Shown: positions 33,492 through 44,550 of the stretch, one piece after another
Layout: each line of letters begins with the position of its first letter
Position numbering within the stretch: position 1 is the stretch's first letter
Origin: Amphiscolops sp. MND2022
Lineage: Eukaryota
Length of the DNA: 64,000 bases
Assembly (NCBI GenBank): GCA_964187785.1
Contig: OZ076409.1
Span: forward strand, 2,978,001 to 3,042,000
Direction: 5' to 3'
Translations under genes and position numbers: made by a program
Notes under the pieces: model-generated
Told to the model about the DNA's origin: nothing
Database searches by the model: none
What the model saw: the letters and a program-made list of their open reading frames with translations, nothing else

Positions 33492-35008
33492 AAATCACCT
33501 ACAATACATTCAAACAATACTACTATATTCCATTCCTTGAAAAATGGCTTTCCATTTTCATACATGACTGTATTGAATGTCAACGTAATAAGCACTTCAA
33601 TATGAAAATTCAAACTGCTCCTACACAATCATTTTCAGAACATGCTCCATCTTTCAATTATAGAATCTCAATGGACACTAAAGGACCTATTAACCCTCAT
33701 TCTCATAACAAATCCTATATACATGTAATAATTGACGCTTTTAGTCACTTTGTTGTTACAGTACCCATCAAATCAAACAACGCAAAGACTGCTATCAAAA
33801 CTCTCTTACACCACTGGATTATTAAATTTGGACCACCCATATACCTTGTCACTGATCGTGGATCAGAATATGTTAACAAAGAAATGGCACACCTTTGTAC
33901 ACTTATGGGAATTCGTCATTCTCCTAGAACAGCTTATTCTCCTTGGACAAATGGCCTTGTTGAAGTACAAAACAGAAATCTTGGTACTCATCTTCGAATG
34001 TTCCTACATGACACACCTAAAGATTGGGCATTTCAAGTCCATATGTACGCTTATGCACATAATTCACAACCACTTTCAGAACTCAATGTTTCACCTCACG
34101 AAATTGTTTTCCATACTAGACCCAGAATACCCCTCACATTTGATTTAAACCTTAATCGAGATACCTCCAAGACATGTATTTCACGCTATTGCTCTCAACT
34201 CCCTGAACACTCTCACTATGATAAATCAGATTTAAACCCATTCTTCTATAAGACACTTTCAAAACCCATTCCCCAATGGTTTCTCGCTGTAGAAACTGCT
34301 ATGTTACAAATTTATTCCACAGTCTATGAAAACACCCTACGAAAAATTAATTCACACGCATACATTACAAAAACTTACCACGAAGGTAAACCCCTTCCTA
34401 TTGGTACCTTTGTTTTAAAACGCAATTTTACACATGTTCACTTTTCAGACAAACTCAAACCCCTTCGGATTGGACCATATAAAATTCTTGACAGACTATC
34501 AGACGTCACATATGCACTACTTGCACAAGATGGCTCTACAGTACACGTTCATAGAAATCATTTAATCCCATATTACCCTGAAGAACCACTCTTATATCCA
34601 CATTTGCGTAATTTTATGCGCTTTTCAGACACAACTCAAAACCAAATTCCACAAATTACCAGATATGCAAACAGTGATTCTTCCCCGTTTAATTCTGATG
34701 AATCTTTGTCTGAAGAAGATTCTCAAACATTTATGACACCACCATCATTTAGTACATCCAATCAAAATACACCATCTATAACATCCAATGACAAGTCTTT
34801 AACTTCCTCAACCAATGACAACTCCTTATATAGACATATAATTAATACCCCTCACACTAATGTCCCTAGTGACAGATCGAGACACCCTTCTAACAACCAA
34901 ACAACTTCACTTCCTCCTCTAATTGACAGAACCACAAAAACCACTTATAAACTACGACAACAACCCAAATTAGATTATAGACTTTTTATTACACCTTCAA
35001 AACTGTAA
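33401..35008 (+). CDS. Integrase of the giant element, in the -1 frame relative to gag-pol
   Basis: HHCC (LHEHSHTG...CIEC) begins upstream of the ATG at 33488; DDE core (SMDTKGP, VTDRGSE, GLVE); GPY motif. Confidence 0.94.
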   Translation, partial: CTTDTIRICLPFRLFKTVFNKLHEHSHTGMKITYNTFKQYYYIPFLEKWLSIFIHDCIECQRNKHFNMKIQTAPTQSFSEHAPSFNYRISMDTKGPINPHSHNKSYIHVIIDAFSHFVVTVPIKSNNAKTAIKTLLHHWIIKFGPPIYLVTDRGSEYVNKEMAHLCTLMGIRHSPRTAYSPWTNGLVEVQNRNLGTHLRMFLHDTPKDWAFQVHMYAYAHNSQPLSELNVSPHEIVFHTRPRIPLTFDLNLNRDTSKTCISRYCSQLPEHSHYDKSDLNPFFYKTLSKPIPQWFLAVETAMLQIYSTVYENTLRKINSHAYITKTYHEGKPLPIGTFVLKRNFTHVHFSDKLKPLRIGPYKILDRLSDVTYALLAQDGSTVHVHRNHLIPYYPEEPLLYPHLRNFMRFSDTTQNQIPQITRYANSDSSPFNSDESLSEEDSQTFMTPPSFSTSNQNTPSITSNDKSLTSSTNDNSLYRHIINTPHTNVPSDRSRHPSNNQTTSLPPLIDRTTKTTYKLRQQPKLDYRLFITPSKL

Positions 35009-35109
35009 TCTAGTCATTCTATCTGTTGGCTTACTCAAACCTAGTCACTCCGGTTGAATAAATGTTGAATAAATGAAATAAAACTCATAACAAGTTATCT
35101 TACAGATAA

Positions 35110-36366
35110 CCTGTTGAAAACACTTCAACAATCCTGGATCCTCCCTCTGATATCTCTCCATCAGCTCCAAGTATTCCTTCTACACCTGAATCTTCAGTAT
35201 CAAACACTACAAACTCTAGTAATGTAACTCCTACTACTCCTTCTAAAAGACCCAGATCATACATCTCTGAAACCACTTCTTCTTCACTTCTTCACAGACC
35301 ACCTATAACCGAAATTCCTATAAACACTCGTCCCCAACAAACTCCTATTAACACTCCTATTATACATATACCAAACCCTGAAAGTGTTGAACAATACGTA
35401 ACATACAAACACCCTACAGCTATAAAAACTGTTAGACTCCAACCTCAACTTAATCTAGTACAAATTCCTGATACTGAATATACGAAACTACCTCCACTAA
35501 AATTACCTTCAGAACTTAGCACTACAGAACTTAGCACTACTTCTTCAAAACTTTATCCACCATTAAAACCTCTTCGAAAACCCTCTACATCACTCTCAAA
35601 TCTCTTAGACAATAATACTTCTGACTACGCTCCATCACAAGACACAAGCTCATTTTTTGTACCTAAACATAGATATAATCTTCGTGACCTTCCTTCACGT
35701 AGACTTAGTACAGACACTTCCACACTCAATTTTTCCGCTCTTTCTAGCAATTCTGCATTACGACTTGTAAGACAACACGCTCAACCATTGTCCTCTGACC
35801 CATCATCTTCAGAACTCTTTCAATCTCCTTATTTTACTTCTGGTTTTGAAACCGCTTCATTACTCTCATCAAACCCACAAACTGCATTTCTATCAGGAGA
35901 TCTCTTTTCACAAGTAGTAATCCCTACTCCTGTTCCTGCACATATTAGACTACCTGAATACTATACTGCAGAACATTCTAGACCTCCAACCCCAAATTTT
36001 GCTGATTATCCACTTCGAGTCGATGGTATAATTATCTACGACCCACAAAACGATCCTCGATTTCCAATTCTTGCAGAACGTTTTATTAATAACAACGATC
36101 TCTTATCTCATAAACGTAAAGAAACAGAACTAAAACGTCTTCAGACACCAAATTTAGAACTTAAATTTGAAGTCAAAGTCAAATTTCAAGGATTAAATCC
36201 TCATCCAATATTTCACGTTTCTAAAATAGCACATAAAACCTCTCCTGCTCCTTTTGAAGTAGTACATATTGAATTCGAACGCGATCTTAATATACCCACT
36301 ATCACGTATGGCAACATTGTCTTCTGTAACCCATACTCTGGTCTCAAATATAAAACATCCTTTTAA
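35110..36366 (+). CDS. ATG-less Ser/Thr/Pro-rich ORF (about 418 codons) between integrase and env
   Basis: Stop-free from 35110 to 36363 (the ORF track shows only 35788 onward); overlaps the env start. Confidence 0.55.
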   Translation, partial: PVENTSTILDPPSDISPSAPSIPSTPESSVSNTTNSSNVTPTTPSKRPRSYISETTSSSLLHRPPITEIPINTRPQQTPINTPIIHIPNPESVEQYVTYKHPTAIKTVRLQPQLNLVQIPDTEYTKLPPLKLPSELSTTELSTTSSKLYPPLKPLRKPSTSLSNLLDNNTSDYAPSQDTSSFFVPKHRYNLRDLPSRRLSTDTSTLNFSALSSNSALRLVRQHAQPLSSDPSSSELFQSPYFTSGFETASLLSSNPQTAFLSGDLFSQVVIPTPVPAHIRLPEYYTAEHSRPPTPNFADYPLRVDGIIIYDPQNDPRFPILAERFINNNDLLSHKRKETELKRLQTPNLELKFEVKVKFQGLNPHPIFHVSKIAHKTSPAPFEVVHIEFERDLNIPTITYGNIVFCNPYSGLKYKTSF

Positions 36367-39015
36367 ATCTTACACAACCTCTTATATAACAACTATAATT
36401 CTTTTCTTACATTTCTTTAACTCTACCTTTTCCATACCTATAGCACTCCCTGACACAGAAAACTATCTTCCATCAGATGACCCGAATATTACAAATCTCA
36501 TGGTTTCTCATTATGATTGTGCAAAACAACACAATCTCAGACAATTTAATCTACTTAATGTAAAACAATGCACTGAAGCTCCTTCCGACATTAAACATGC
36601 AAGTGTTAAAGCCCGTGTATATGTCCGAGCAAAAGCTAAACGTATCAAAGCTTTCAAATGTGTTGCTTATGCAAAGAAAGAAAGGAAAATATGCTTTCAA
36701 GGATCTGTCAAATACCGTCGTGTTGATCGAACTGTATGGAATCATAATACATTACCGCTTCCTGTTACTCTTGACCCGGTAGAATGTAAAAACATTATAA
36801 GACATTTAAATGGTACAAATGATAAAATATTGAACAACCTTAACTACAACAAAACATTTACACTCTTAGAAGACCATTATTTTCAAGAACGTTTAGAACA
36901 ATATCAAACTCCTTTCACTGTATATCAATTGAACAAAATGTATACAGGTACATTTACATTTATGCCTGCTGATAAAAACTGGATATATGACCCTACAAAA
37001 AACCCTTATCATAACTGTCCTGCTCATCATCAATTCGAAGTCAACTTAGTTAGTTGGCGACTAGAAGTTTCCGAAATAGAACTTACATATGATGACACAT
37101 CAAATGATATGATAATTGATGGACATACATTACCCTGCTATTTTGCAGATGGCTTCTGTAAACCCACTACAAAAACTCCTTTTACCCTTGTTTGGTTTAA
37201 TGATGATTATTGTCTAATTTTTACCTTACAAGACTTTATTGGACGTATGACTGAAATTGAAGATAGATATTGGATTGAAACCGACTCTTTTGTACATTCT
37301 CCACATTCAGTAAAATCTCAAACTACTTCTGGCATAAAAGGTACAGAACATCCTTATGTTCATGCTCCCCATACACAACATCCAAATAACCCAAGTCTTT
37401 CAAGATTTGAAGTTTTTCCTACAGCACAAACCTTTTGTGGTAAACCAGACCCTCTCTATTCTACACAATACTCAGACTTTTTTGTTACATACACTGATGG
37501 TTTTAATATGCATACAGGACAACCTAATCCTCATTCCATAATTGATGAGTATATCTCTGGTAAAATAGTATTGGACACTTCAAAAAACAAATTTGTGTTT
37601 CCTGCATTAAATGTATCAAACAATTTCGCTACCATTGATTATGATGCACATATAAACACCAAAATTGACTACACTATTAATCATGTTTTTCGATCAATGA
37701 CAGTACAAGAACTAAATACTCTTCATACAATATGTGAACTAGAACGAAATCAACTTCTTACAATACTCGCTATGTCAGTACAAAATCCTCAACTTGCTGG
37801 TTTCCTTTTAACCGGTAATAGAAGTAACTTCTTATACGTTGAAGGCTCAACCGCCTGGCTTTATGACTGTCCTCATTTTTTATCTCCTTTATACAAAGCA
37901 GATAGATGCTTTGACCGTATACCCATACATTTTAAAGATACCTTAATGTACGTTGATCCTATTACAAGACAAACTTATGATTATGCTACACCAATTACAT
38001 GCGATAATAATCCACGTAACATTATTGAACTCGACCCTGATTCAGATGATCAAGACTTTTACATTCTTGGACCTGAACCTATCAAACGTAAACCTCCACT
38101 AATGTTTACACCCTCACAAATCAAAACTACAATACGCCCTAATACTTTTACAGCCCAAGATGCTGGTATATATTCAAATGCAGAACTTGATCAATTTTGG
38201 AACCGTATTTTATTTTCTAAACACTCTGATTCTACACTTCAATTGCTAGGTAAAGCTCTTAGTTATTCATTCATTTCATCTAATACTCCAAATTACGATG
38301 CAGATTCCCCTCAAGACTCTGGTAATCCTTACAATACAATACGAATAGGACTACATGATAAACTCTTGAATTTAACTCCTCTTTTCACACCTACATGGTT
38401 CTCTGATGCTTTTATTGCACTTTTTGATACCCTTGTTACATTCTTACACAATGTGGCATATACTTTTCTACATTTCTTTTTGTACAAGCTACTCTTACAC
38501 TTATTGTTAAACTTTACAAAACAATATCCATTAAATATAATCTTAAAAATAATATTACTTTACTTAGTTCTATTGCACATGGTTTTTTTAATGTTCTTAC
38601 AGCACGAATGGTCAGTGACCTACGTGAGACTCAAAACAAAAAACCCAAAAGTACACTTTTCAAATCCAAATCTTTAGATAACTTTATTGACACTTCTCCA
38701 AATTTAATTAACCATTCTACAGATGTTACTTCCCCTCCACCTTTTTATACCAAACGATCTAACAAAATTCAATTTCCTAAATTTAACTTCTTTCCGAAAC
38801 GACACCACAATTCTCACCATAAAACGACTCCACTTCCTTTCTCTTCTATCCAACATCCCCCACTTCCTAATTATACTCATAAAAACTTTCACTCGAATGA
38901 CAATCTAACCACTCAACATGACACTTTAATTAACAATCCTGTCACTTCTACTACGGATACACCAATTAAAATCTATTCACGAATAAACTATCCTTTTCCT
39001 CCTCCATCTTCTTGA
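36308..39015 (+). CDS. Envelope-like class III (chuvirus G / herpes gB-type) glycoprotein, with a frameshift near 38426
   Basis: Signal-like YITTIILFLHFFNSTFS; HYDC..LLNVKQC; CELERNQL..QNP..G..EG..DC..CFDRIPI..P.TR..C; GIYS..LD; sequons NIT, NGT, NKT, NVS, NRS; TM and tail continue in the frame of ORF 38608..39015. Confidence 0.85.
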
Positions 39016-39261
39016 ACTCTCTCTCAGTTCTTCTGAAACTCTCTTCCAGAACACTCGCCTGCTATTTCTTCACAATTGCTACTCCTCCAACACTTGAAAC
39101 TCTTGCAGAAATTCATCTTCCTCAGTCCAATAATACTTCTCTCATAATAACCATCTTCAAAAACTCTTCAACTAAAGTTGACAAATCCACTCGTTAGTGT
39201 AATTTATAGTACTTTAACTTTAAAGTGCTAAGGCCTCTTGGAATAGATAACACTGTGACTG

Positions 39262-40608
39262 TTGATGCTTTCTCAAACAATGACACAAGCACAAATTGAT
39301 CTACAAACACAGCTTGAACAAGCAACCCCAACAGATCTTATAACAAGACCTCTTTCAAATGATTCTCCTGTTCTCTATATTGACACTTCTGACAAAACAC
39401 CTCCAACTTTTCTTGAACCAATGGAGCACACAAAAGTTGAAAATGAAAATACAAAACCTACTCCTCCACAAGATGATACTGATCATACACAATCGACACC
39501 ACCTCCTCCAAAAAAGCGATATGAAATAATGAAAGATCCAATCTTTCTTTCATCACCAATATATCCTCCTTCAATACCTTCAAAAATTTCACTTTGCACG
39601 AATCGCGATGATCATTTGATCTCAATTCTTTCCACTGACGATTTCGTCTTTAAAGCACAACTAACTTCTCTATATATGCATCCTACGGACTACTCATTTC
39701 GCTTATATGACAAAAATCAAGACTTCTTCACATCCATTGCTTCCAAAATAATGGGTCCATACCAATATTGGCTCGAGAATGGAGTTAAAATTTTCTCTCT
39801 CCAATTCAATTTTCTTAGACCTTCTATATACGATCTCAAAACGGATGAATCTGATCCATCCTTTCTCTCTATAGCACAAAAAGCTTCTCATCATCAGACA
39901 TATACTAAATTTCTACAATACACGAAACCACAAAATTATATTTTTGTCAATTACAAATATACATCACCGTTCACAATGACAAATATGTACACTCTCGATC
40001 ATTCCTGTATAACAGGCTACCTTCGGAACTATGACCCTATAAAGCAATACTTCTGTTTGCTTCCATATAACAATACTTCACGTCCACTTATTGTACCTCA
40101 AGAATATCTTATACATTACGATGATTTTTTGTTGCCTTGCAACATCCCTACTCAAATTGCAAAACCTCTTACTGTCATTAAACACCTCGTTTCTTCTCCA
40201 CTTGACGATAAAGATAGAACATACTATACAGCACTCTACAAACAAACGTATTCCTACAATGAACTTCTCTTTATATCTGCCAAAACTATCTCTTTCATGG
40301 TACAAGCTGAACAAAAAACTGAACAAAAATCACACACTTCGCCCATCAAAAACACTCATGACAAACTTTCCTCTGTATTGACCAATCGAACACTTCGAGA
40401 CATAACAAATTTACTGGAACCCTATAAACGAAACTCCTCTGAAACACCTATCACAACACTCACACATATACTACACTGTTATGACAGAACACACAAACTC
40501 CTTCAGACACTCGATTTAGACTCTCAACGCATCACTCAATCATCCCAAGCAATCCAAACTGCTTTGGAAACTATAACTACTCTTTTTAATTCAACTAATC
40601 TTCATTAA
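39262..40608 (+). CDS. Accessory ORF (448 aa) downstream of env, unknown function
   Basis: Intact long ORF; C-terminus similar to ORF 63641..63979 of the related element. Confidence 0.75.
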   Translation: MMLSQTMTQAQIDLQTQLEQATPTDLITRPLSNDSPVLYIDTSDKTPPTFLEPMEHTKVENENTKPTPPQDDTDHTQSTPPPPKKRYEIMKDPIFLSSPIYPPSIPSKISLCTNRDDHLISILSTDDFVFKAQLTSLYMHPTDYSFRLYDKNQDFFTSIASKIMGPYQYWLENGVKIFSLQFNFLRPSIYDLKTDESDPSFLSIAQKASHHQTYTKFLQYTKPQNYIFVNYKYTSPFTMTNMYTLDHSCITGYLRNYDPIKQYFCLLPYNNTSRPLIVPQEYLIHYDDFLLPCNIPTQIAKPLTVIKHLVSSPLDDKDRTYYTALYKQTYSYNELLFISAKTISFMVQAEQKTEQKSHTSPIKNTHDKLSSVLTNRTLRDITNLLEPYKRNSSETPITTLTHILHCYDRTHKLLQTLDLDSQRITQSSQAIQTALETITTLFNSTNLH

Positions 40609-41018
40609 ACTCCTCTACAGGTAATATAAAGTTTTAAATTTTCTTCTCTGGTACATTCTATGGTACATCTGTGGCACATTCTACAAGGTATTTTCATTTT
40701 TATTTAACAAAAATCTTTACTTTTGAATGAAATCTTAGGACTGTTTTTTAAGTACACTAATTTTTCCTACAGTACATGTCAAAAACTAACTATTTTTTTA
40801 CTCAAAACACTACAATACAAGACATACAAGACAATATAAAATAACACTACATATGGTACATTATAGCACCCATTTTTGTTGTACATCTTTGACTTGATAT
40901 TGTCATTCTTCTTACACTTCCTTTGTTTTAGAAACATCCATTCTTCCTTCTCCTTCATCCAAATTCTTTCAGAACATCCCAACTTCTCTTTCTTCGTATT
41001 CTTCAAACTCTCGTCATA

Positions 41019-41471
41019 ATGGCTCCAAATGCTGAAACAAACGACATTCTAACAATGACTTCAGAATTTTCGAAAGTGCATAGTCTTAAAGCCGCCATAT
41101 TTCATACCATGGCCTTCAAACTCTCGCTTGAGATTCACAAAAACAAAATTACGCCAAAATGTCTCATCGCTTTTTTAAAAGTACTCTACAATGTCACGCA
41201 AATAAAGAAAAAGAAAATCACTTTCGAGCAATACTCGCGAATCCATCTTCAAGGACCTAAAATTGCCATTTGTGAAACGGCATCTAATGTTGTTTTCGTC
41301 CTCAATTCGTCCTTTACTTCAAAGGATCAGTACTTTCGTGCTGCTATCCAAGAAGCTACAGATGCTTTTAATAATATGTTGCAAGATTTCGGGTATACTC
41401 AACAACTAGAACTTTATGACCCGATCCAACACCAACCTCATCCTCCATCGCAAAACTCTCTCTTTCAATAA
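41019..41471 (+). CDS. Accessory ORF (150 aa), unknown function
   Basis: ATG ORF; ITFEQYSRIH matches INFDQYLHIH in ORF 62643..63296. Confidence 0.65.
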   Translation: MAPNAETNDILTMTSEFSKVHSLKAAIFHTMAFKLSLEIHKNKITPKCLIAFLKVLYNVTQIKKKKITFEQYSRIHLQGPKIAICETASNVVFVLNSSFTSKDQYFRAAIQEATDAFNNMLQDFGYTQQLELYDPIQHQPHPPSQNSLFQ

Positions 41472-41700
41472 TCTCTAACACAAACTTCTACTTACTTCTA
41501 TTTCACTCTTTGACTACATTTCGTCTCCAAATTCTTCATCTTCTTTCGATGATGCTTCGAAATGTGGTTGATGATTACTTCAAAGAACTCCTACACATGC
41601 TGAAACTCTTCACTTCACCCACCCACGATGGTCAACAACATCCATCTACACTTTGGGTTCATCGACGTTGCCAAAAATTGTCCTCGTCATCAGTCTCCAC

Positions 41701-41836
41701 ACTTCAAATGCTGACTTCTTGACTGGTCTTCATCCTCCAATGCTGACTTCTTGACTGGTCTTCACACCTCAATTGCTGACTTTGTGAACTGGTCTTCTTC
41801 ACACCTCAACTGCTGACTTCGTGAACTGGTCTTCAT
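41701..41836 (+). repeat. Four tandem 32-39 bp repeats (TGCTGACTT...ACTGGTCTTC) in the 3' UTR of the giant element
   Basis: Directly visible. Confidence 0.85.
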
Positions 41837-42885
41837 ACTTCAATGGCCAATACAAATTTCAAACTGAACTGTATAATCACTTATAATCAATATAACCTGT
41901 AACCCATTTTAATCAAATCATAATATAGACTAGTGCTATATACTCGTATCTAAATTTTAATGCTATATAATCTTATCTAATCTAGTGCTATACACTCCTA
42001 TCTAATCTTTCGCGCTATATAATCTTATTTAATCTTAATCTTATCTAACCATTGTATAACTACCCCCCATTAACCATAATCCTTCCCAAATTTTACCCAT
42101 AATTATTCTTGTAACCACAATATTATCTACTTCCATTGTATTGTGTATAGAACTTTAACATTATCTTACATAATTATCCACTTCAAAATATATTTTAATC
42201 CCCGTCTTTTTACAGAACACAAGTCCTACTTACAGCACAAGAAATTTTCTAAGATTTTTGGACAAAAATTTTTCTTTTACAAAACATGTTCTACAACTTT
42301 CCTTTAACCCTCAAAAGCATTCCCAAAAAATTTTCCAAAATTTTCTTTCGAACTCTTAAAAATTGTCACTTGTAAAATATGTCACTTCTAGTTTTCAAAT
42401 GTTTGAAACTTGAAATAGCCAAAGTTTTTTTTCAACTCTTGCTTCTGCTCTACTCTTCACTTTTGTTGAAAATGAACTCTCACTTCAACCTTGACTTTTC
42501 AAAACTTCTTCACTTTTGGTTCACATACCCGCCAATGTTGGTTCACAATTCATTGACAACTTCACGCTTTAATTCCTCAACTTGAAAAGTTTTCAATGCT
42601 GACTAACTCATGTTGATGAAACAAACTTTTTCAACAAGCCGATGGAAACTGAAAGAACTTGAACCTGTTTGAACCTTTTTGCACCAATTGAATCGTCTAT
42701 GACGTAAGAAGTCAAATCGTCTTAGGTTGTTCTCACTCCTTAAGTATGGTACTCTACAAAACAAAACTCATGCAACTGTAATACAACATATATGAAACAA
42801 ACCCATGCACATAACAAAAACTTCTAGAACTCCTCAAACTCAAAAGTGCATATATGTAATTTTTATTTTTAAATTCCCGGTTGAT

Positions 42886-43303
42886 TGTGATGCCATGATG
42901 CATGTCCTCAAAGATTTTATAAATCTGAAATACTCTGAACTCTTAACAAAAGAAATTAGTAAATCTAATTGAATCTAGAAACCAATTATTCTAGAAGAAA
43001 CTTCTTTTAATATATCCTGTACCAAGCTTCCCCAATTCATCCTGTTGATGTCACATTGTAATTGATGAAACCTACCCTAGTTAATAGAATATATCTACTC
43101 GGAGAAATTGAGAATTCTTCCTAGCAATCAGTCTTCTTCCAGCACTTCAAGAACTGAGATCTCAGAAATAGATTGTACTCTGAACTAGCTAGCTACCAAG
43201 TATCAGATAAAAGATAAGACGACTCTGCTGTTAAAATCTTAGACTTCTTATGTCAGTTCTAACTCGTATAAAAGAAACAACTACTAAAACTTTTAACAGC
43301 TCA
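42886..43303 (+). repeat. 3' LTR of the giant element
   Basis: TGTGA...GCTCA; followed by the TSD TAGT. Confidence 0.96.
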
Positions 43304-44048
43304 TAGTCAAAAAGCTTTTAAAAGAAATAGACAAGCTATGAGTGGTGAGAATAACGAGCAAATTACGAGAGCAAAAGAATTTGCTTCGAAAGGTGTGGAA
43401 AACTGTCATACTTCGCCAGAAATCTGAAAACCTGCTTTGGAAATCGCAATCAAACACAAAATTAAAAATCCAATCAAAGTAATTTTATGCCAATGTAGAT
43501 GTTCAATTTCAAATCAATAGACAAAAAAAAGAATTTCATTTGAAAAACTCTGGAATGGACAAGCAAATTCTTTTATAGACTGTTAAGACTAACTAACGGA
43601 GTGTTGCTTTGAGTAGTCGCTTTGGAAATAATTGGGGTAGATGTAGGTGCAAAGAAAGCACTTTCTTCCTCAGAGTCAGAGTTTTTTAGAACTTGAGGCT
43701 CAGAAGTTTTCTTCAAGCTAATATCTAACAAATTTAGCATCTCCTTCTGATTTTTTGCTAAAAATTTTGTGTGATAGGACGTTATCTCTTTTCTAAGTGA
43801 CATTTTAATCTTCCAGACTGACGTTTAGGGAATTTGCTAGTTCCAGCGCCTGGGTTTTCAGCTATGTTGTTCTCAATTTCTGGTATGTCCATCTCGCCTG
43901 AGACTAGTGTTCTACTGCTTTTCTTTTCTGGTAGTCATAAATGAAGATTTGCAATAATTTAAACTTGCAAAGAACGTTTTAGAAACGGTAGTACAATAGT
44001 GGTTGTTATTTACATTTTGTTTAAATTTGCATTTCAAAACCAACAGAT

Positions 44049-44550
44049 AACAAGACGGGAACGTCCCAAGTCGGCGCCATATCTTAGGCTGAAAAACATT
44101 CAAGGAACAACTATTGGAAATATTTGGACAAAAACTTTTTTTCCCAAAAAAACTCTTTGGAAAAAAGTCGCACAATGCCGAAAAACTTAAAAAGAGGTCA
44201 ATTAGGCTCATTCAACGTTTTCTACAAACCGAAAACTTCAAAAAATGCAAGGGGGTACCCTTTGATAAAGTTCTAAAATTTTCAAAAGAAGTCGCATAGT
44301 GCCGAAAAAAAACCAAAGGGGGACCCTTTGTCTCACCTGTACTTTTTGAAGCATTAAAAACTTATGGTTTAGTGCGATAATCGAACCCACGCACTCCGGC
44401 TTGGCCGAAGCTGAACAAATATGAAAGATGAACAAATTGTAAGAAAAGTGGACCACTCAGAGTGAGATTGTCAACTGAAAAAAAAACAAAAAAACTACTC
44501 ACTGTAAGAGTCGGGCTTTTTTCCTCAAGGGAAGAGGCGCCGACTAAAAA
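44049..44550 (-). mobile_element. HINE family 1 copy
   Basis: Subterminal IR, GGGACGTTCCC hairpin, CTTGTT end. Confidence 0.72.

Larger units (their letters stand above)
25281..43303 (+). mobile_element. Giant (18,023 bp) env-bearing Ty3/Gypsy-type endogenous retrovirus-like element
   Basis: Two 418-bp LTRs with no difference I could find, 4-bp TSD TAGT (25277-25280, 43304-43307), PBS-like TGGTGCG at 25701, gag-PR-RT-RH-IN, glycoprotein and extra ORFs. Confidence 0.96.

Noticed and set aside
41701..41836. Repeat array resembling CRISPR
   Set aside because: No unique spacers, eukaryotic retroelement context, no cas genes.
43573..43930. Minus-strand coiled-coil-like fragment (SLRKEITS...QKEMLNLL)
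   Set aside because: Stop-interrupted with no identifiable domain; possibly a decayed retroelement piece but unsupported.
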